64,000 nt of DNA from Nageia nagi (lineage: Eukaryota > Plantae > Pinophyta): positions 112,282,001-112,346,000 of the forward strand of contig JBITNC010000001.1 in the NCBI GenBank assembly GCA_050084985.1, read 5' to 3'. The notes beneath the pieces were generated by a model. The model ran no database searches, was not told where the DNA came from, and saw nothing but the letters and a program-made list of their open reading frames with translations. Shown here piece by piece: positions 26,691 to 37,013 of the stretch. How positions within the stretch are numbered: position 1 is the first letter of the stretch; every line of letters starts with the position of its first letter. Position numbers and translations under genes: made by a program.

Positions 26691-29101
26691 TGTAACTATA
26701 ATGCTAACAAAATGACTTGAGATGGGTATGAGATAAGTTTGGTTGGTGACAAGCAAAAGTGCAAGTCATCAAGTAGAATGCTACTAGTCACAAGGAATGC
26801 TCGAGATCCATGTCTTGGGAACCTTGTATTATACCCAAGGGAAATTTGGTTGTGTCCAAAAATTAGTAGAGGGAATGACAGATGGAGTGCCGCATGGGGC
26901 ATGGAATACTCAGACCTAATTCTTACATTTTGTTGGTGAAGAGTCTGAAGGGAGGAATCCCAATGATGGACTTGGAGTTGACTATGTTGCTAAAGAGATT
27001 GGGCTTCCTAAGAGTGTACTTTATGAGGTAGTTTGGGTATTTCATGTAAGGTTCCTCTGGTAAAAAGTTTATGGATCGAATATGGAAGCTAGTTACTAGT
27101 CATGTGATGGGGCAACACTTGTACAAAGGCCTTACACCTAGATTGGTCTATGTGATATGGTTCCTTGCTCTCCACTTGCTTGGGACATGGGTGCCTTGTA
27201 GGGGTGGAGCTACCTAAAGTGGATATATGAGGAGTCAGTTGGCCAAGAACATGGTAGTGTGGTACTTGATTATCAAAAATTCCTTGGTCAACCCAAATGC
27301 ATGAAAGCTAGTGGCTAAGTGGTGAGCATAGATCCATCAAGATGGAATTGATGATGAATTATCCATGGAAGATGTAGTCTTAGAGGTCTATTAGACCTAG
27401 GAAATGTTATTCTCTATGGTGCACACATGCTTGTGTATATGCCTACCAAAGGGAACCATGGGCCTGGATTGGGGTGGTCATCTCTTAGGGTGATCCTTAT
27501 GGGATGATGCATTTCTAAGGCCTTATTTTTTTGTGTTGGCTTTGCTAGTGGGTCATGTTGATCCTTCGCTCCCTAGTTAAGTGTGCCATAGTAGGTGTTG
27601 GTTATTATTACCTTAGGTGTTACCATAGATCTACTGATAAGGTAATGGTGAACATGATCCTTGAAGTTGCAAAACTAAAAGGGTAATTAGACTACACATG
27701 GTAGGAAGTGTTGCCTAAGGAAAGCAAGATGCCAAGTAGTCATAATGATGATGCCACAACTACATGACTAGAATGGTTGCTAGATTCATGGGTTGGCCAT
27801 AGCTTAGGTTGGCCATGTTTGACATGTGATAGTCTTAGCTAAAGGGGTCTCCATTGCAAATGAAACTATAACATGCATCAAATCCATTAGTGGGATTGTA
27901 TGCTCAAAATGTTTCAAGGTTAAGCAACCATAGTGGGAACATACCTTAACTGGAATAATGATACTCATTGGAGTTGCAAATTGGACACAGATTGAAAGTG
28001 GCACCATGGGTGATTTCATGTATTAAGTGATGGGCATAGTTCATTGGTTGAAAAACAAAAAGAATGAATTAGGTTTGTGATGCCTTAGGTTGTGCATAAC
28101 ACAAAGGTTGAGCCTATGTGGAACCATGTAAGATCTGGTTAGTGTTGGACATAGAGTGTTGAATGCGCAAGTCGTGTGCATGGAAGGAAAAGATACCAAG
28201 TGCGAGGAGGGGTTGGCTTGGGTTAGGTTATACCTAGATCATACCTTAGGCAATATCTACATAGGCCATCCTAACTACTGCTCATATCGATCATTAATGA
28301 GAAGTTAGATTATTGTGTGAAGCATGTTAGATAGCTAAGGTTAGTGGGAAAAATTATGAGTATGACCATGAAACCTTATGTTAGTTGATTTTGCTATGGT
28401 TTGAATAATGGGATTGAAGTGATAGTTTAGATGATCTCTAGTTAATGTTAAATGCTTATCATTGGAGAAGTCTAGCTATCTTGACTATCTAGGATGTTTT
28501 GCATGTGGGTCAGTTATTCACCAAGAGTTGGTGTTTAAATGTAATTGTCTTGATAAAACCGCAAGGACTTATATGCATGTACTCGTACATGGTAGGTTGG
28601 ATAAGAGGAGCACAAGGACATGCATCTTACCAACTTACTTGGTGTTGGGTTGCCACCAGTTTAAGTCAAGGAGAATATGAGAGGGTAAGCTTTGATGGAT
28701 GATGGAGTCTGATCTAGCCAATGTGCATCCATAGTTTGACTAGGGATGACACACATGGTGGGTTGTTGAGAGCATTAGTCTCTTAAACTACATACCAGAT
28801 CCTAGAGCATGTGCACTAATGGGATGATTCCCATGCATCAATGCCTAAGGTGTGGTGTTTCATCAGGGCTATGTCAAGTCAAAGTCATCGCAGGTTAGGC
28901 TAATAGATGAGTATGCTCAAGGGCCAATTAGGTAATCTCATATGGATATCGCTAGCCTAATCCATTTGTGCATGAGGTGAAATCCTTATTAGAGGTTTAG
29001 GTAATATATTCATGGGGCTTTCAAGATGGACCAAATAGGTGCCAGGTAGTGATCAAGCCATTCCACTAGGTTAATCGATGATTACTACTGAAATCATTAC
29101 A
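26691..29101 (+). mobile_element. Probable ~2.4-kb gypsy-type LTR (solo or truncated element)
   Basis: G/T-skewed insert interrupting the unit; begins TGTAAC and ends ATTACA, followed by GTTGGTTCT (PBS-like). About 270 bp of host unit is missing at the right junction, so no TSD. Confidence 0.45.
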
Positions 29102-30405
29102 GTTGGTTCTAAATATTTGAATGACTCGTACACTCAACCATTATGTAATTTTTTTCAATCTTTGATATTTTTCAAAATATATAGAATATATTTCCATATT
29201 TTTAAGTTTATCCAGCATCAATTGCAGGCTATTTCTAGCAACATAATAGTCTAGTTCTAAAAAGTAGAGATTTTGTGTGTGTGAAGGAACTTCAAATAAA
29301 GATGTTTGTAATGGTGGTTGAGTAGCAAAAGATTGGAGGAAAGTTGCATAAGAGGCATAAAAAGGATTTTTACATTTTTAGTTGTCCCCTTGGATTAATA
29401 CCACCATTGTTTCTATGATAATATACATGTTACTAGTAGCTTTCATGGAGTTGTCTATGTCTTTTTCATGGGATTTCTAACTCCATAACATGAATGTACA
29501 AGATCTTTTAAAATTATTTTCAACATTTAAGATATATTTTGTAGACAACATATTGTATATGGGATACAAATACATGATTTTAAATTTTTTAATTTATTCC
29601 AATATATTAATAGGTTATGCTCGCTAGTAAGCCATGAAAACTTTATGAACATGACAAGTAGTTTCAATTTAAATAGTTAGAGAAAAATATCATACCTTTT
29701 AAAAATAATCACTCATTCTCAAACTAAAGATATCTACCACATTAAATGTATATAATTAAAATTTATGATGATACATCTAATCATTTATGAAGTCTAAGAT
29801 ATTTAGTAAATGAAAGATAATAGACTTGATTGAATGTATGAGATATTTCAGAAGATATATTAAAAAGTGTAAAACAACTAACAAATAGAATTTTAACTAA
29901 GAGACACCATGCATTACAAATAAAAATAAAAATAACATAAAATAAAAATTTACAAGTAAAAAATTATGTACTAAAAACATGAAAAAATATAATATGATAT
30001 AAATAGATTAGATGAAACTTCTAAGTGAATTTGACATAAAAAAAAATACCTTTACACATGACAGATACCCTTAACTATTACCCCTCACCTATCCTAAAAA
30101 CAAAATGATACGCCTCCTCCTTCCTGCCCTTTCGAGCTTTCCTAAGCACCAAGGGACGTGAAGAAAATCGTTGCTATCGATTCTCTAATTATCAAAAATC
30201 AAATTAATTTTGAAATTCAAAAGGTTACTACTATCTCTTAAATTTGAAATACTATTCATGGCAAGAAGATTTAAATTACTATCCCATATCTTTCACTTTT
30301 ATTTTATTATATGATTTATCTTTATCATGTAATATCTCCTTTTTATAACTTATGTTTTTCCTTGGTAGGCCTAGCCATAATCACTTGTCGAGGAAGCTAC
30401 ATAAT

Positions 30406-31177
30406 CTACACACCTGCGTATATCACAATGAAAGAGGCCTTTTCTTCTTCAGAATTTTGCCTCTCCATGAGGTGTTGCTTAAATTGGGAGAATGTGAAAG
30501 GCCAATAACGTCGTGCATGCTGGTCGTCAACCAGTTCTGGAGGTGCGCAAATCTCTTTCTCATTTGGAAAGTAAATAAAATAACCTAGCGAAATGCGATC
30601 CGCCCACCCGTTGTGGATAACTCGGTGCTCCACGCTGCGCTACCTTCCGTTGCTCCATGACTTCACTCACCGAAGATTGCATTAATTCATCACTACAAAA
30701 TATTAGACAAACCATTGTATTTCATCCTCACCTTACAAGACTCACCGCTGTTGACAAGGAATGAGTTCGATAATGGCTTGACCTTCAACCAAGTGCCTTC
30801 CTTTTGATCTAATCTGGAGGCCACCCTTGTTATCTTGTTAAAGGATAGTCATTGTAGGCATCCAAATCAAGGTTTGCGAGAATGATTTTGGTTATCGTTC
30901 GTACGAGATCTTTCCAGAAAAGCGTGCACGTTTGAATAGTTTTGCTGGAATGGGATTGGAAAAATGAATTATTTTTAAGCTTGTAAGATGAAAATATGTA
31001 TATAAGCATAGGAAGACAACATACTAGAAAAATGGATTTCCTTCTTGTGGCCATATTTTACAAGACATTTGAAGGACTGAATCACAATGACGTGGTTCGG
31101 AGAACGGGAACATCTCCCGGGAGAGGGAGATCAACTTGAAGACGAAAATCAGGGAAAGTCTGTATAGAGAAAGGCAT
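30406..31177 (-). pseudogene. Type-B DOXC dioxygenase pseudogene, copy B2 (best preserved)
   Basis: Exons 31177-31025, 30944-30732 and 30660-30406 with GT-AG introns. Reads MPFSIQTFPDFRLQVDLP|deletion|SREMF...KIWPQEGNPFF; ...NLDLDAY|deletion|MTIL*QDNKGGLQIRSK; WSNGR*RSVEHRV...DRISL...YAGV*. Two large frameshifting deletions and in-frame stops. Confidence 0.92.
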
Positions 31178-33439
31178 GGTAGAGGATATTTTGCAGGCAG
31201 ATTAATTTGTCGTCTAGGATATCATCCTAATAAGTTCCGATTCTAACAAATAAAATGGGCTGGATTTTAGGGCTGCCTAAAATGCATGCTCATCAAAGCT
31301 TCGGCTATCATTTCTCCAACTGAGTTGTTTCTTTCAAGAGCAACAGGTCTTTGATGAAGCTGTCATGCTATGCCTCATTAAAATTTGTTGACTTATTTGT
31401 TCAACAGGTGTGTGATGAAGCTGGCATGCTATGCCAAATTTAAATTTGTTGACTTATTTGTTCCTATATAGATATAGATATACAACAAGAGTCGAGTAAG
31501 AGAATTGCTGATAATCAATTTCTCATGTTGGTTTCAAGTGAATTTAACGAGATTTGTGGATTTAAATGGTTGTAATATGTATTATTATTTAAGTTTCCTA
31601 TTATGTTGAGAATAAAAGTTGTTTTTGTTATTGAGCATTGTTTGTGTATTAAATATTATTATATGAATTCATAGCATATTAAATATAAATATTGTAGATA
31701 ATCAACAAGTTATAAATATTAATGGTGGAATGTTTAAAAATGGAATTAATTTAGATAAATTTATAGTGTAATTTTGAAAGTTTAGTTAATTTTTGAATAT
31801 ATAAGGTATATATTTGTTTTTTGTAATGTTTTATTAAAGATTATTTCAATTTAATATATTTTATATTTTCTTGCATTCTAAACATCAGATTTAGTGTAAT
31901 TGGTTTTTTGAGGGAGTTCAATCTTAAGGTAAATTATTATAGGAACTTCCTTGCGATCATCAACTAGGTAAAATTTTATTGTTTTCTTTAGTATAATTGT
32001 TATCGAGATGTACTTGAAATGTAGCCACATCATAATACATTTAAATAAGCATTTATAGACTTAAACTCTTAAATCCTTATGGAAGAGTCAAAGCTTGAAC
32101 TGTTGTGCTATGAGTATTGGGACATGGTACAATTTTAAGAATTAAATAATTACACATAATTAAGTTATTTATTAATTTTCTCATTTGTAAAATTAGCTTA
32201 ATCAAAATACTAAATTCATATTTGTAAGGCATTTCGTAGGACTTTACTATCTTTAAAATAATTTTGATTTCTTTTGATTTATTTTTATTAGTAATTAAAA
32301 CCTTTAATTATATATCCATAAACAACCATTCAATATAAAAATAATTCATGCATTCAAAACTTATTGGAAGTAGTGGTAGCTTAAATAAAGGAGATTAAGA
32401 ATGGAAAAATATAATGAAATGAAAGAATCATTATACACAACAACATACAAAATTAAGAATACAAGAGCACAATCTAAGCTTTTAATATTAATATTTATAA
32501 CCTTTACACAATAACATCATCATCATCCTTCCATACTACCCTTATTTATTGAACAAGTAGTTCCCTATTTACCTCTTTTATAATGTAAACCTACTTCAAT
32601 AATTGTAGAAATATCAAAATACACAAAAGAAATGTTTATTTATACTACCAATTTTTCACAACCATTTATTACCATAATTCTCCTAATAAACCAATAACTA
32701 AGAATGGTAAAAAGATTTTTGATAACAAGAAAAAATTATATGATTGAGAGGAAAATGTTTTTATCTAGATCTTAAAAACTTGGTCACAAAAATAATTTCC
32801 AAAGGAGGAATCTACTACCCAATTATACCCTGATATAACTAAACTAAGAATGATAAAATTACATTCAAATAAATCAAACAACTTTTTTCGTAATATTTTA
32901 TTTCTTTCATGGACTCTACATGACCTTGATAACTTATTTTATTTCCTTGTTTCTTTTTCTTTTTTAAATAAATAATGTCATTCTAATAATATATTCTTTT
33001 CTCACCAACACCTATTCTAACTCAGGCTAAATACATACAACCAATTCATACAACTACTTCAACTATGCATATAACATAAAATAAGAAGTATATATTTTTA
33101 CAAGAAATGATATTTATGCAAATGAGAATCAATATTATATTTCTTTTATATGAAACATATATCATTTTGTATAATATTCATATTTGAAACCAACATCTCC
33201 CTTTTAGTTAAATGAATCAAAAATTCAAAACTTTTGAAGTAGAAAGAATGTCAAATTCATGTGAGATAACTATAAGAGATCTTTATAAATTATCATTATC
33301 AACATTAATATTGACAAACTTTCATTAAAAACTTGTTAAAAGTATTCCAAGAATGTAGTTAAATATAAGTTAGAGTGAAATTATGATTAAATTCATGAAA
33401 AAAAGGAGCCATCATGAAAAAAGCGAGTTAAAAGGTATA

Positions 33440-34810
33440 CCTTGGACCACTATGGTCATGAGGATGAATCATGATCATATTGTTACAAAGAAATTGGTGA
33501 GAAAAATCATCAAGAATGTTGCTAGGATTAGCATTCTCAAGAAGATTTTAGATAATTTAAGGGATAAGTAAAGGAATACTTTGATTAGATTCTTCATTGC
33601 ACTAGTGTCATATGTAATCATGTTCATTACTGAGTTAGTAAACATTGAAAAGTATCTTGATAAGTTGATACAGTTGCTTTACCTCATGAGTTTTTCACTT
33701 TATTTTCACAAATGCAGTTGGGTCCTTCATTTCTAGGTTAGAAAGATCTACTTTTAAAATTTTGGAATACTAGTTTCCATCTTAAGAAGGATAATATTTA
33801 TGGTGTTCTTGTATTGGTCAATTTACCTAATTTACCAACATATTATTCAAATATGAGTATGATTATTGGAATTACTAATATAATAGGATTGTTGTTCTCC
33901 ATTAAAAAAAGTCTCAAGAATTGAGAATAGAATGAACAAAGCTAAGTTTTATGTTAATACTAATATTAAAAAGTAATTAAGGTAAATATTTATGCTGAGG
34001 AGAAAGATGGAGAACATGGGAAAAAGAAATAATTTATGAATATATGCCTATTAGCTATAGCATATGTAGAAAATTTGATTATTATGCCAAGGAATATTTG
34101 TATAATAAGGAGGAAGAGAAGATGGAAGTCCTTAAGTTGTAGGAAGAGTGGAATACCCATGTGTATAGGAATCAAGGATTCTAGAGAAATAATTAATTTC
34201 AAGCAAAAAGAGGTGGAGGAAATTTTATAAGGTTGACCACTTATGGAACTAGGAACCTATTTCATTCTTTGAATCCAAATGAAGGTACTAAAATAGCTAA
34301 CATTAGAGAGTAAGAGATTTTCCATTGGCAATAATAGATGGAAAAGTAATAATTAGCGATGAAGAAATGGAGGAAGCCAAAAGTAGGAAGTGACAAAGGA
34401 AAGAAGTAGAAAATATGAAAGATATGGAGGTTGATGATGGACAGACACCTCCTACAAGAAGACATTTTGATAATACCATGATAAATACACAAGATATACA
34501 TAAAGGACATATGGGGAGGATTTCAAATTATGAAATATGAATATAGAATATAATTGAGGATATTACCAATAAAACATAATGCACTATAGAGTATAGTACT
34601 AGTTGTATGGTCCCATGTGGTACTCAATGATTACTCTTAGTTAGAATATACAAGGAAGTAATGCCTAAAATAGGTAGAGGATCATCAATAACCTCTAAAA
34701 GGAGGTTCTTATAGATTTTTTATTTACGTAGGAGACTAAGATGAAGAAGAATAAGGTGGTAGAAGTGGAAAAGAAAGTTTAAAGGGGAGTATATTTTTTT
34801 AAGAGAGAAT
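33440..34810 (+). mobile_element. Ancient L1 ORF1 (DUF4283-like) remnant, part of the duplicated unit
   Basis: GPSFLG*KDLLLKFWNTSFHLKKDNIYGVLVLVNLPNLP resembles plant L1 ORF1 GP.F...L.LK.W...F......V.VWV.LPNLP. Confidence 0.7.
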
Positions 34811-35055
34811 TAGATGGCCTATCAATGGATCTATTTAGATTATGAAACCTTACTACTATAAAAGTTATTTCCTATCGTAATACATATTTTCATACACATA
34901 GTGAAATAATATTTTTCAACTACATCCTATACTCATTTAGTATATTAACATATACTAAAAACAAACAATCTATGAGACAACTGAAATAATCCATTACATA
35001 ACATGTATACCTCTAATTGAAATCGAACATAAAACACAAGTCACAATAAAATCAA

Positions 35056-36284
35056 GAAAAAATATCCAAAATACCCCTACATTTTAATATCAAAAATACC
35101 CATATTTTTTAAAATATCAAAACTACCCCTCTGGTACTTTCACAAATATTAAAATTTCACTACCTAATTTGTTATCCACAATTTGTTCTTAATTTACTTC
35201 TATATTTTTCCACCTTCAAACGTTCCAACTCTATTTCGCTTTTCTTTCTGGTTGGGAAAGTGATTGAACGCAACAGTCACCTGCATATTAGCATCCGTTG
35301 TATAGTTGTTGTCGTATCACAACATCACTTTCAAAATACCAAACGAGAAGATGTTGCTTACATGCTATCAGACGAACAAATTGATCAATTCGGATTCATA
35401 CTCGTAAAAGATGGTTCTGAAAAAGCAGATGGTTCAGATCATCCTGAAAGCTACGATGCCCACCAATCGAAGTATGTTGGGAGACAAATATTTGAGCATC
35501 CGAAAAGGGTTGAATGTGTTTGTGAGCGTGGCCAAGAAGGGCATGGTGAAGAGCTTTCAGCACGGGGGTGCAAGTTTCGGGGCCATGTTGTTGTTAAGAA
35601 TCATCTCAACCAACATCACGTTTGCGTTGGAAGTGAATACATGTCCATTGGGAGATCTCATGGATGTAGCATCTGCTATCAAGGACTGGCCCCAAGTAGA
35701 TCTGATGACATACTGAATTGTTTAGCGATTCCACGGAAATAAAGCTCTCTGTAGATACTGTTAAGCATGTAATTTTCCAGAAATAAAAAGCTTTTTTTTT
35801 TAAATTTTTTTCATGTAATAGGTGATAATTATGATGCAGCTATGCATTCTTTGCTAGAACGAAGGATGGGATTCAATATGTTAATGAAAGATATAAACTG
35901 TTTACATAAGGGATGATATAGCATTTTAGATGTTTCATTCGTAAAACGGTTTCACCATGAAAAATGTTTTTTCAGTTTTATAGATTATTTCAGTGAGTAA
36001 TGAATTCAGTCGCAGTCATGTGTGATAAAGCGCATGATAACTTTGCCACGGTGAGTCAATAAGTTATTTGAAATGGTATTGGCTGTGCAGCTGGACAGGT
36101 CAATTCATTTGTGCATCAGCATTGAGATTTCACGAACAGAATGCTCTCATCCATCACCTGTCTAAGCATTCTAGGCATATCTTCTCAACCTTGAATTCTC
36201 ACAGCGATAATTTTGATATTTTTTTAAATTATAAAGGTATTTTTGATATTATGTTAAAATATAAGAGTATCTTGATATTTTCGC
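35056..36284. mobile_element. Non-autonomous Mutator-like element (MULE), 1229 bp, 9-bp TSD
   Basis: Perfect TSD TAAAATCAA at 35047-35055 and 36285-36293. Imperfect ~80-bp TIRs start with G and are built of AATATCAAAAATACC-type subrepeats. Inserted ~100 bp past the A2 stop codon. Confidence 0.92.
35362..35742 (+). CDS. Putative stand-alone FAR1/WRKY-GCM1-type zinc-finger protein inside the MULE (126 aa from first ATG; frame open from 35113)
   Basis: F...REDV......FGFILVKDGS...RVECVCERG...GCKFR...HHVCV...HGC follows the MULE N-terminal DNA-binding pattern. G-first/T-third codon bias, CpGs retained, no stops. Confidence 0.5.
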   Translation: MLSDEQIDQFGFILVKDGSEKADGSDHPESYDAHQSKYVGRQIFEHPKRVECVCERGQEGHGEELSARGCKFRGHVVVKNHLNQHHVCVGSEYMSIGRSHGCSICYQGLAPSRSDDILNCLAIPRK

Positions 36285-36385
36285 TAAAATCAATAGATGA
36301 CTAACCCGACCAACGATCAAGCTCACACGCCCTTATCACTTTTCTTAACAATTTTAAATCACAGAATTTGAAAAAGATGCACAAT

Positions 36386-37013
36386 CTATAACCCTATGTT
36401 AAATTGGTTCAACGTGAAAGGTCTATAACATCTTGGATAGTGGTCGTCCACCAGCTGAGGAGGAGTCCAAATCTCTTTCTCGCCTGGAAAATGAAAGCCA
36501 CTAGGCAAAGATATGCGATCCCTCCACCTTTTCTGAAGCACTTGATGATCCGCGCTTCGTAACCTTCCGTTGCTCCATGCCTGCACTTTCCTTCATTACT
36601 TTATAGCCACAAGAACATTATATCAACACCAATAACTTCTTCCTCACCGTGAGGCAATCGGCGATTTTGATAACAAATGAGTCCAGTTGCGGCATATTTT
36701 GCGAGACATTTCAACTACTGATTCTGAATGACGTAGATTGAGGATTGTGAAACTCTCGCTGCCATTCTCAATAGCATAGCTACCCAATCTTTGTTTGGCC
36801 TTGGCGGGCATGGCACATACTTGTTGGATGGCTGATTCTACGTCTTGAAGAAGAATTTGTGGAATTCCATGGTTGACAACTCTGAAAAATTCAGTTTGGC
36901 GATTACCTCGTGATAGTGGGCATCATGAGTTGTTAGTGCGAATCGTGAAAGGTTGATCATAGGAAGATCAACTTCAAGACCAACATAGGGGAAGTCTGCA
37001 CAGAGCACGCCAT
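36386..37013 (-). pseudogene. Type-A DOXC dioxygenase pseudogene, copy A2
   Basis: MACSVQTSP(-1)VGLEVDLPMINLS...IAKL|deletion|FRVVNHGIP...MSRKI|~360-bp deletion|PQLDSFVIKIADCLT, intron, AWSNGRLRSADHQV...DRISL...RPFTLNQF|deletion|IGL*. Confidence 0.9.

Noticed and set aside
26696-28702. Short ORFs in the G/T-rich insertion
   Set aside because: No recognisable motifs; consistent with chance ORFs in a higher-GC LTR.
31334-31366. ATG at 31366 as the gene-B start
   Set aside because: It stops after 10 codons; homology with type A places the start at 31177.
35411-35716. 101-aa ATG ORF (MVLKKQ...PLGDLMDV) with a faint resemblance to muconolactone-isomerase-like alpha/beta proteins
   Set aside because: It is the +1 shadow of the 35260-35742 frame. 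Met-rich hydrophobic composition is expected from shifting a G-first/T-third coding frame, and the other frame fits the MULE context. Not fully excluded without HMM searches.
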